A stretch of 62,274 bases of DNA, counting the filler, from Choristocarpus tenellus KU-1152 (Eukaryota > Protista > Phaeophyceae): the NCBI GenBank assembly GCA_964200185.2. It is 12 parts of 12 records of this genome, joined end to end, with 100 filler letters (N's around TTAATTAATTAA, not from the genome) between each part and the next. Parts side by side here need not be neighbours in the genome. Positions count along the whole stretch, not along the records: positions 49,887 to 54,642 come from CAXNAD020013176.1; positions 54,743 to 57,533 come from CAXNAD020024727.1; positions 57,634 to 62,274 come from CAXNAD020013671.1; 9 more parts are not named here. One strand, 5' to 3'. Positions 51,783 to 62,274 of the stretch are shown one piece after another. The notes beneath the pieces were generated by a model that saw only the letters and a list, made by a program, of their open reading frames with translations, did not search any database and was not told the origin of the DNA. A program made the translations under genes and the position numbers. The first letter of the stretch is position 1. The number at the start of each line of letters is the position of its first letter.

Positions 51783-52269
51783 TCGAGCAGGTCGTGCTGA
51801 TGTTGGACGTTACGATGTATGTGGTCTTTTGATCTTCCTTAGTTTTAGGCCTCCGGCCGGCTGTCTGTGAGGACGGAGGGGAATGTTGGGACAATGGTAT
51901 CAGCAAAGATCAATGATGTCCACGCAGGGGTGGATGCGACGGTTAGCTGAGCGCATAAATGGTGTCTTTATATGAGCAGTGGTGGACCATGTGATTAATG
52001 ATGACACGGGTTCTGCACGGAGTGCAGTGTTCGTGTCCCTGCGTGGGCTATACAAAGGAGATATGAAAAGAGCGTAGCGATTGCGTGGAAATGGGGACGG
52101 CGTAACGCTTTCCAACCAGGTAGCTATTTACCAAGAAACATGAAACTGTTAACGCGGTCGACTTGGGATGGATATGAATATGAATAAAATACATACCAAT
52201 ATCGGACACAACCTGGTGTGAATTTACGCGCAGATCAAGGTCAGATATAGCAGGGGCAATCATGCACAG

Positions 52270-52880
52270 GTTTTGCGCTTGACACTAGGCTGATAATAAT
52301 GAATGAATTTCATGTTTTCTGACCAATGGCAAAGGCGATCAAATAAAGGAGCGCGGCTAGACGGTCGAGGGTGTGTGTGTCGATTTGAACTTGTAACAAC
52401 CCGAGCAGATAAACATAACGTCGAACCAAGAAAGTGATAGATGAAGATGAAAGGAATTTACGTGCTGACCCGAATTGGATGTTAGGAAAGGAATCACGCG
52501 CGGGTTTGCGCTTGACACTAGGCTGATAATAATGATTGGTTTTTATGTGTTCTGACCAACGGCAAAGGCGATCAAATAAAGGAGCGCGGCTAGACGGTCG
52601 AGGGTGTGTGTGTCGATTTGAACTTGTAACAACCCGAGTAGATAAACATAACGTCAAACCGAGAAAGTGATAGATGAAGATGAAAGGAATTTACGTGCTG
52701 ACCCGTATTGGACGTTGGGAGAGGAATCACGCGTGGGTTTGTGCTTGACACTAGGCTGATAATAATGAATAGTTTTTACGTGTTCTGACCAACGGCAGAG
52801 GCCATCAAATTCCGCAGCACGGCCAAAACGGTTCGGGTGTGTGTGTGTCGATTTGAACTTGTAACAACCCGAGCAGATAT
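52270..52880. repeat. ~233-bp tandem repeat, about 2.6 copies
   Basis: gcttgacactaggctgataataatga recurs at ~52277, ~52510 and ~52743 with high identity between units. Confidence 0.93.
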
Positions 52881-52969
52881 GTACTATCTCATTAGTTAGA
52901 TCACATGGACTCAATTCAACACAATATTCTCATATACAAAAAATAAGGCACACCTCACTATTGTCCTAT

Positions 52970-53660
52970 TTTGCGCACCAAGGTCCTTGGCTGCATTGCT
53001 TCTCTTCCGGAGCAGTCGTATCGAGATGAAGCGAGTTGCATTGTCGACAATTGCCAGGGCGTACTCGGCCCTACTGAGAGATTGGACTTTCTTGGGTGTC
53101 TCGTGTGGTCGATGAAGATTCGGGTGAATGGTCCTCTAGCTCGGACACTGGTGGGCTAGGGGACGGGATCTTTGATTCGAACTCCCTTAGCACACCCCAC
53201 ACATTGCAATGACGCTAGATTTCCAGACAGCTGGATGCCCTGTTCTCTAGCTGTGTGATGGAAGATGTGCTCACTAGCATGGTTCAAAATAAGGTGGAAA
53301 ACGTTGATGTGCATAGGTGTTGAAGAGGTATTTTCAAAGGTGTATCATCCGGGGGTTGGAGTCTTTCGACGTCAGCTGTGTACATGAATCCATCCCACTC
53401 AAAAACAGGTGGAAGGCCCTCGCTATCAGAAAATAATACGCATCACCAGTGCCCTTGATGGTTACTTCAATAGCCACGCCAGCAGATTGTGAAGAGAGGA
53501 TATTATATGCTATATCCGGGACAAGTGCGACAGACACCAAAGTAACATGCACTCACTCATCGTGGCCAACGTTGAAATTTAAATCAATCTTGCCATACCC
53601 CATAATGGATAGTGATGTGCCGTCAGCTACAGTCATCTTGCGCCTTGTGGACATGTGACG
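52970..53660 (-). pseudogene. Copia protease / GAG-pre-integrase / integrase N-terminal fragment
   Basis: VADGTSLSIMGYGKI...VALVPDIAYNILS; INVFHLILNH...CVGCAKG (HHCC); RARGPFTRIFID. Confidence 0.85.
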
Positions 53661-53917
53661 AAGTGATACATGTACTTTGGGTCTTTTGTCATACTGTTGG
53701 GGACCCCCGAATCAAAACACGATCTTTCCAAATCACACTGGCTCACCTTACCATAATTATCCACAGCGGCTAACGAGGTCTTAAATTTCTTCCCACCTCT
53801 TTTTCTAACTGGTCCCTCTGATCCCGCTAATTCTCCCGCGGACTTTAACGGGGTCGCCCTCTGGTGACAAACAGCCTGCTGGTGCCCTTGCTCCCACAGC
53901 TGTAATACCTTCCTTCA

Positions 53918-54176
53918 GAGTCAAAGTATCTTAGAGGGTAGGGCCGCGTCCATTTGGGGACCAAAATCCAATGTTGTGATTTAGATGTAATTTTGGCTAT
54001 CGTGTTTGTTAGGAAATGTCATTATCCTTGTTCCGGACACACCTTTTCATGAAATGAGCATTTTACCTACTCCGAAACAATTTGGAGTAGGAAAATGTCA
54101 TAAAAAAACCCATGGGAAGACAAGCACCAAATGGACAAACCGGGTAAAACGTGTATCCTCCAAGATACTTTCACTC
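53918..54176 (+). mobile_element. MITE family B, full-length, 4-bp TSD
   Basis: ttca|GAGTCAAAGTATCTTAGAGGGTA...CCTCCAAGATACTTTCACTC|ttca. Confidence 0.93.
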
Positions 54177-54742
54177 TTCAAATGTACAAGGACCAATATG
54201 TTTGGCCAACCCACACTTGAAACATCGTTCAATTCCCTTGGCCTCTCCCCTGGTACGGGATCCTGTCATCCCAGTATCTGTATGTTGACCAGTCGCACCT
54301 TGGCTATCGTTTTGACTGCTCTTCCACAAGCTCACGGGCAAGAGCACTCTCAGGCTCCCTGCGATCCGCTACCTCTCATTGCAAAGAGAAGTAGCGCGAA
54401 CGATTGGCTTTTTGAACCGACACCCTCGAACACTCACCATTGTTGCGATGTTGAACGTACTGTTTGGTGATCTGGTAGTCATTATCCAAGTAGACTAGCA
54501 TGGCGATATGTAGAACCTGTTCGGACATCACATGCCCCATCGTCGCCATCTGTCCAACCCAATCTAAAATCAGAGTAAGAGTGATTTGGGGGTCTGACCC
54601 CCGTGGCATTTTTGACATTCGGATCAAATATCTTAGGGGGGGNNNNNNNNNNNNNNNNNNNNNNNNNNNNNNNNNNNNNNNNNNNNTTAATTAATTAANN
54701 NNNNNNNNNNNNNNNNNNNNNNNNNNNNNNNNNNNNNNNNNN

Positions 54743-54834
54743 CGTCGAGTGGATAATGTAAAAGTACTTTTCCTTTTTTTGGCCAAAAAGACATCCCGGG
54801 GTAGACCCCCCCCCCCCCCCAGATACTACGAGCC
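54743..54834 (-). mobile_element. MITE family A partial (another TIR start at 54621-54642 on the previous contig)
   Basis: GGATAATGTAAA...GGGGTAGA-C tract-AGATACTACGAGCC. Confidence 0.8.
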
Positions 54835-57105
54835 TGCCCTGATACTCTCACATACCCAGGCTTCTGCGTCTTTCTTTGCAAGATTGGGGAGATAATAGGT
54901 GCGTTCCTGTATGTGGGATACCTATCTAGCAGGGGAGAAATTTGTGATGATGTGAGCAAAGCTTCATGTAGTGAACCTGGCAGAGTGTCAACGTCATACA
55001 ACATAAATAAAACTTCAAGTACTTCACTTTTGAGCATTCGAATATTTTGCTTGATTGAGATACCTGCTTGAAGAACCTTGGCTGTATTTTCGAAAACAAA
55101 TCTAAGTTTTCTGAATCGTATGGGCGATTTCATAGAAATAGTGATATCGTCACTGATGATTCCTCCAAGTTAGACAAACTTATCTGATAAGTTTATCAGT
55201 CTGTTCGTAGGTCTGGTCCAATGCCTGAACGTGCATGGTTTCAGCGTCCTGGCTAGGAGGTGAAGATACGTAGTTTCCGCCACTGATGCCGATACAATCA
55301 CAGTAGGTGATCTGAACACCTGTGCAAGCACTGTCATCATCCTGGCCAAACTTTGTTGCTGTTGGAGACACTATCTACTTAATCAACATACGTCAATATA
55401 TCATTGGTTGAATGATCTTTATCCATGATGATTCCTACTCCGACCAGAGTCCGACCTATGTCTGACCGAAAATTCATCACTCCACGATATCTGTCTCTTA
55501 TCTGTCTTAATAGAGAATCCCAACCATAGTAAGTATTGCTTAAAATCCTAGTTTGATTAAACCCAGCAGTGTGGCATATGGACGTCATACCTCCCTCTTC
55601 TCAATTTTTTAGGTACCAGTCCCCTAAATACTACAATATTATTTTTGTTATTTTCTGCATAAGGGTAACATACGGTAATTTTAAACTCCCCCTCTCCATC
55701 ATTTTATTCTCACAACCTTACATACACCAACTTGCCTTGCGACACACTCGATTGGGGAACTGTGCGCCCCTAGCAACAGTGAAGCAACAAGCGCATGTGT
55801 GCACAGCATTATCTACAGAATGTCAGAACCTTGAGAAGATATACCTCTCCTTGTGTGGCCGATCAACTTGGGACTCCTTTTACTCCAGACGGTTCTCCTC
55901 AACCTCGTGTTGTATACCACAGCACGGGGACTGGAGATTGTGCACTCCATTCTTGTCCGGATGTTCAAATTTTTTAACTTGCGGAACTGAGATATCTTAG
56001 GTAGATAGCCGCCTCTTGTCTTCTCAATCAAGGTGGTGGTTATCATCAAGTTTGCCGATCTTCCATTCACGAGCACCAAATCTCGCGTGCCAGTATGGAG
56101 TTTGAGAACATCGATTTATCTCCTTCTGGAAGTTTTCGACAGAATTCAGAAAAGTACCTATGTGTTTCAAACGCTCCACATCTTACCTTAAAAGGGTATG
56201 TAGATTCCATACACAAGTCTGTAGGCTGATGCCACCTGTGATGTATAGATAAGCTGATAACAAGCAAAACAAAAATTGTGATATTCACAAGGTAAATATA
56301 TGGTAAGTTCATCGGAACTGCAAAGGTGGGTAGGGGTGAAATAATCGAAGTCCTAAAAGGTGCAGTTTTCAAAAGCTATTGTAATTCAGCTGAAAACTAA
56401 CGCTTTATGCTCAAGTTACAGATTTCACATTTTTTTCTACAGTGAATTGAACCTTCTCTTTTGGGCTGTCCGTGCGTATGCTTACTGCTCGCACTGGTTA
56501 GAGCGTGAGAAGCAATGCATGTGCCAACCGGCTGTAACATGCGCGCATTTGTACAAAAAAATGAAATTTGCTCATAAATGTTAGCGTATTCAAAGTGCAA
56601 CCCTGGGTACCTCTCGTTTACTGTTGTCTCGATGGTGCTGTCGGTGCTCAAGATTGTCAATAGGACTGACTGCCTGTCGCAAAATTACACGAGCATGCTG
56701 ATGCATTGACATATTGGTTTCGGACGGTTCCGCGATACTATAGTACATTATATCCTCAAAGTAGGAATGTTTATGGATAATTTCGTTTCTCTAGGTCTGG
56801 TGGAGTACCGACAACTATGTTACGCATATGGATATCATCACCAATTTTCTTCTCACCACCTGGTTCGGACAAAACATAAGGTGTAATGATAACAGTAGAA
56901 CTTCTATTGCTTCAAAGTACTACATAATGCTTCGAAGTAGAATAAGAATTTTGAGACTGGGGACTGAGCACCCTGGATTTGGTAGTAGTGTTTTTCTCAA
57001 TCTGGTTGGTCGGATAGGAATGGGACATTTATCACCAGATCAAATGTGCTGGGAGGGAAGAGATTGACAAACAGGACAGAAAATGTACTTGTAACTCCTA
57101 ACAAA

Positions 57106-57365
57106 GAGTCAAAGTATCTTAGAGGGTAGAGTCACGTCCGTTGGGCGGCCAAAATCCAATGTTGCGATTTTGGTGTATTTTGGGCTATCGTGTTTGTTAG
57201 GAAGTGTCAATATCCTTGTTCCGGATACACCTTTTCATAACATACACATTTTACCTACTTTGAAACATTTCAGAGTAGGAAAATGTCATAAAAAAATCGT
57301 GGGAAGCCAAGCCCCAAATGGACAAACAGGACAAAATTCGTACCCCCTCCAAGATACTTTTACTC
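57106..57365 (+). mobile_element. MITE family B, full-length, followed by an A left-TIR fragment (57373-57405)
   Basis: aaa|GAGTCAAAGTATCTTAGAGGGTA...CTCCAAGATACTTTTACTC|aaa. Confidence 0.92.
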
Positions 57366-57633
57366 AAACTGAGACCCAAAGTATCTGTGGGGGAGGGAGG
57401 GGTCTGTGGTGCGTAGAATTGGTTCGTGGAATCCTAGTTATATTTCGGATCAGTTGTCTGATTACTCTTGTTAAGAATATGCTTCTTATTCATGTGTAAA
57501 AGAAGATTCTGTAGAAGAAAGAATTTAAGAATGNNNNNNNNNNNNNNNNNNNNNNNNNNNNNNNNNNNNNNNNNNNNTTAATTAATTAANNNNNNNNNNN
57601 NNNNNNNNNNNNNNNNNNNNNNNNNNNNNNNNN

Positions 57634-57703
57634 CCAAAAAAGTGAAAATCGAAAAAATGGTGAAAAACGGACGCCGACACCCCCCCCCAAGATACTTTGA
57701 CCC
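57634..57703 (-). mobile_element. MITE family C end
   Basis: GGTGAAAAACGGAC...C tract-AAGATACTTTGACCC. Confidence 0.8.
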
Positions 57704-58175
57704 ATCTGCCTTGGTGTCTAGGATATCTGATGGTAGATCACTTTCATACCTCCATATATGTGGTTTGCTGGCGGTGTTTTTAATGTCTGTCTCAAATTGG
57801 CACATCATTCCCTGTTTTTTTGTTCGAGTTGGTGATAACCGATAATTGTGTATGAACATATTTCTAGTACGTCTAATGTGCTGACTGTTCGAGGGTATAG
57901 TTGAGCAAACCTTGATTTCAGAATGAGTTTGTCACCCCCTGGAGCTTAGAGCCCCCGAGCAACACAGTGCCGTTATCAACACAAGTTAATTTCTATTATT
58001 TTTGCCGGTGGGCAATGGGCGTTGCACAAGATATGACGTATTGATTTACTCCGAAGACCCTCGCTGCAGCAGTTGTTTGTAGGCCAAAGCGCATGCCCGG
58101 CGGGAACGATTTACGTACGTACTGTAACAACTAATCTGCCCAGTCGATGCACACAACACGTCAAGACAACCTGAA

Positions 58176-58260
58176 GACCCAAACACTTAAGGGGGCAAGG
58201 GCCACGTCCGTTTGGGGTCATAAACCATATGTTGCGATTTTGATAATTTTTGGGGTTTTT
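58176..58260 (+). mobile_element. Diverged left end homologous to MITE B
   Basis: GACCCAAACACTTAAGGGGGCAAGGGCCACGTCCGTTTGGGGTCATAAACCATATGTTGCGATTTTGATAATTTTTGG aligns with the B left arm, then diverges. Confidence 0.7.
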
Positions 58261-59110
58261 GCTGTGCTGTGGTAATTTGCTGGGAGATATATTTGATCCA
58301 AGATCTGAGATGTGGGTGTGAACCATGTGGTGTTGACAGTAATGCAAGAATGGTGCTTGCATATAGGGAAATTTAGAAGCTTTCGCTCAGTGTTTTGTGA
58401 AATAGGCTAGTTGGGATTTTCTCGGAATTAATTTTATTGTTCATTGCGACACCGAAGCTTTGAGTACTTTTGTGGACTAAGGTAGCAGTCTGATAGTCCT
58501 TATTACACCAGCAGCAGAGAGTGTATTTGCAGTTCTTCCCGTTCTTAGTCGTCCATTTCTCCGTTCTATTTTTTTCCCCCTTACAGGGCAAACAATATAG
58601 GCTAATGCCCTTTTCTTGCGTGACCAAGTGATCTTGAATGAGGCTCCTGGTCCTGAAAACCCACAAAAAGAGAGATTGTTGGACAGAGGCTGGACAAAAA
58701 GTAATCGTAGGATTTGGCAAGCCTTCGATTAAGTGAGGGAGTCAAGGACCTTTGTTGGTTGCTGTAATTTGTTTCGTGGGGTATGCTTGCTGTTCTGTGC
58801 GACGAGCAATACATCAAGTGAGACCGGACAGGGTTGACAGAATGTTGGGGGATTGGGCATGCAGTAAGGTGGTACCAATAGCTTTGCCCTCTGTGCCGGT
58901 ACTGCTTTTTTTCACCGGAACGTCGCAACAGATATTACAAAATATAAATATCAAATGAAAGCTTATGACAAGAGCTTTTGAAGGTTTGTATGAATGTACA
59001 AACTTCGGTGAACGGCAACTATGTCCCGATAAAATAATGTAAAAAACGCGGGGGAATATCTCCGGCACGCAATTTTGAAGAGCACAGACACACGAGACTT
59101 ACACAACAAC

Positions 59111-60021
59111 ATGAACCACGACAGTGAGACAAGAAGAGCCGCCGAGGCCACTCTGCTCTCTGGATCTACCCTCGGCACCTTCTCTGTTGAGAGGGGTCGG
59201 AAAAACAAGCACCCTGTGAAACTCAGTGCGATGTTAAGGTGACGAGAAAGTTCGAGTAGTGTGGCGCAGTAGCATGATCGAATCGCGAAAGGGATCACGC
59301 GGTCGCGACACTGCTGCTGAGAGAAGATGCATTGAAAGCATTACTATGCAAATGTGGTTGGATCTTCATCCACGTCGGAGCACTGCTCTGCAGTCTCTGC
59401 CGCCTCAGAAAAGCAGGAAGAGAACAGCGAGTCCATCACCAGGTTTGGTACAATGATGAAGTCTGTGGGGAAGCCTGGTCACGGCAGGCGAAGGGAGAAC
59501 CAGAGTGACCGGCCGAAGGGAAGGTTGGGGAGGAGAGCAGTGCGACTACGTGCTATTGCGCCCAGGAAATGCCTAAGCGAAAACCCGGGTGTAGAATATA
59601 TTAGTAGTCGATAGTTGCAGCAGGCCCTAGCTGTTTGGAAGCTATGTGAGCCAGAGTGGGTTAAGGAAACGAGAAAGAATGTGTTAGGGTTGGGCTACAA
59701 GGGCTCTGAGTCCCGAAAGAAGGTAACCCATTTCCGGCGCTCAACGAGGAAGTGTGATAGTAAAGACTCTAACACTGCGAATCCTGTGCCTGTGTATGAA
59801 CGATGGGAAAGACTGTCAAACAGCGCTCGAGATGGCAGCAGGATAGGCGATGGTGGTCAGGTCGGAAATTGTGAGTAAATGGGAGAGAGACTTCCTAACT
59901 AAGGGCCACATCAAAGTGTCCGAGCAAGGGCGCGACGAGAGGGGTTTTGTTCTGGGCCTCGACGAGGATATCCTTGCCAAGGTGAAAGAGTGGGTGCGCG
60001 AACATACAGGAAGAAAGGGTG
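59111..60021 (+). pseudogene. Decayed ORF, possibly the N-terminal part of a DNA transposase
   Basis: Broken ORFs ending in KWERDFLTKGHIKVSEQGRDERGFVLGLDEDILAKVKEWVREHTGRKG|gtgagg, reminiscent of the DED...WVR...KG segment preceding the HTH of some DDE transposases; recalled similarity, not searched. Confidence 0.4.
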
Positions 60022-62254
60022 GTGAGGCTTTTTTCCTGTCTAAACCTATACTTTAATCAAGTAATAGTATATCTGTTGCTACTCTTGGTGACCTACAATC
60101 CAGGGTTCGAACCCCAGTATGAGCGCTCTTTCTTCAAAAAAGAAAAAACGACGAAACAAACGGAGCCGGTGCTCTGGAGGACATTGTGACGGGTATCACG
60201 AATATGCTTTTTATTTTGCAAATCCGAAGTCTGCATCAAAAGTTATGACGGGACAACCCCAGAGGGCGAATCTACACAATATGGTGTGTAGGGATATACA
60301 TAAAGCCTTGAAGATTTTTTTTCTTTTTTTTGGACTTTTCAATTTTTGTTGGCGAGTGTTTTTGTATCTACCTCTATTCACACGACACCTGGAAACTAGG
60401 AGCCCCCTGAGAATGCCGACACTGCTATCATCCAGACAGGGCACACGCAAGTGTGACAATTCATTGGTCTTTCCGCTCAAAGTGTATTCAAACCTGTCAA
60501 GCCTGGAGGGAAGGCGTACTCATGCTATCTCAAGACAAAATTGAAGACAACACGAAGAAGCATCCTACATCTAGGTCATTGCATGTAACATTCCCATGTG
60601 GAATTTAGCCAGAGTTCCTATTAGGTTGGATACATGTTGGAGCAATATGATAGCATATGCTAGAGTAATGTACTTCCGAGGCATCCCATGCCAGCAACAT
60701 GTTGGTATATGCCAGCACACATTTGAACCTGCGAAGTAAGCATAGCCAATAGTTTGGTGGCATTTTTTTTTACTTCTCCTGCTCCAACTCGAAATAACCA
60801 TATATCCGAAGAGTAACACCTTACCGGCAGGGGGTAGTCTTTAGGACCCACTCCCGTTGCTGCCACAATTGACTTCATCATAGCCCATGGGTAGCTACAA
60901 TTTGAATAGCAGGAAGACGTAGTGTTAAGGCTTTGGTGCACGACCTCAGGGATGATGTTGTGGAGGATGTAGTGTAGTGTGTTACAAGCACTACAATGAT
61001 GATAAGGTGAATTATCAGAACAAGACAAAATAGCTGAGGCGCAGGGTGGTGGTGATGGTGCAGGGTAGACTTGTTTTGTTATTTTCTGTCTCTCTATGTT
61101 GAATTGGAGTCCCTATTTCTTGACTTGGAGGCGAAGGCTGAAAAGAATGGGCTGACAGATGTCTGCATGCTGTTTTGCAGGACAAGTAGTAACATTAAAA
61201 AAAGTTATTGAAAACTTATGCCTTGAGACCTGTGGGGTAGATATATATTAGAGGATTCCTTGATTGTTTGGTGTATACTGCGTGTTTTTCCTGTTCTCTG
61301 CACCAATCAAAGTGCCATATCACATTGCAGGGACCGCCCTTCATGCCTGAATGAAAAATATAAGGAACTGGCATGTTAATTCTTCTTGATTTATAAAGCT
61401 CATTTTTTTAGCCGTTACATTTGTTTTTAAAGCATGCCCACTATAGGACATGTTTGGCCTCATATCGTAACACACCTTCGAACTAGCAACCTACAGTAGT
61501 TTGGTTTGGCGCGTCCCAACCTTAAAGTAGGCCTCCCACTGTACTCTAGCACATGTATTTCCTCTCCAGTTTAAATTTGAAGTACCAAAACTGCTGGATC
61601 CATGGGACTGCGAATCAGGAGATTTTGGGTAAGGCACCACTGTAAATTGAGCGTGTGCATTATGCAACACGGGGAAGAGGTACTACACTGTCAGATCTCC
61701 ACACTACAATGAGGGTCATGGTTCCCAGTCAACAAGTACATCTGGGCACCTCATCTAGAACTTTGGATCGGAAGAATTTGTTAGTCAAAGTAATCAAGAG
61801 AGTCGCATTTTGCTGCTGACAAATATGCACAAAATTTGCCTATTTTTACAAATGTGTATACGATATTTTCTGAATTGTTTCGATTTTTTTTTTAACAGTA
61901 GAGAATCAGAATTCTCGACTCAAACTTCGCAATTTATCCATAGGAAAATGGGTGGATTGCGAAAGGTTAAAAAACTAGTTTAAAAAGCAAAACGGTAAAA
62001 ACATAGGTACCTCTCGTTTGCATTGACTTTGTGAGATGCATCAAGTATTAATGGTTGTGAGGCAAAGGTGGAATACTGAAGTTCCATTCCCAGATCTTTG
62101 AGCATTTATTTTTGTAGTATTTTATACTTCAAGTACATTTTGGAGATATGGAATCAGACTTGATGATACGTTACACTTCCAACCTGTATGTTCTCTCAAG
62201 TGTTTGTTAAATGTCAATTGAGGGGGTGCGCTGTCATTGGGGTAATGTAGCACA

Positions 62255-62274
62255 GGGTCAAAGTATCTTGGGGG
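62255..62274 (+). mobile_element. MITE TIR start (probably family C) at window end
   Basis: GGGTCAAAGTATCTTGGGGG. Confidence 0.75.

Overview
Eukaryotic nuclear DNA made of 12 short contigs (about 2.8-7.2 kb) joined by artificial 100-bp linkers (N-run, TTAATTAATTAA, N-run), so nothing can be assumed contiguous across a linker. Long GT-AG introns, a bipartite ASAFAP-type plastid presequence, scattered (TTAGGG)n tracts and RTE-like LINEs suggest a photosynthetic stramenopile, most likely a brown alga (inference). Host gene pieces recognisable by motif and splice sites: a TBC Rab-GAP (2 exons), a WW-domain exon, low-specificity L-threonine aldolase (3 exons), a NOX/ferric-reductase FAD-binding exon, a myosin (4 exons, converter plus IQ repeats), a Pro/Thr-rich extracellular protein (3 exons) and one unidentified exon. 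Most remaining sequence is decayed transposable elements (Copia with LTR and PPT, LINEs, probable PIF/Harbinger and MULE remnants) plus a 28S rDNA fragment. The dominant and most unusual structure is a clan of about 30 copies or ends of three related MITE families (A ~175-185 bp, B ~260 bp, C seen only as ends). They share a bipartite terminal inverted repeat (G-R-N-Y-CAAAGTATCT, spacer, GTCCRTTT), make mixed 3- and 4-bp target duplications, nest in one another, and have two possible transposase relatives in the window. No CRISPR array, tRNA or prokaryotic system is supported.
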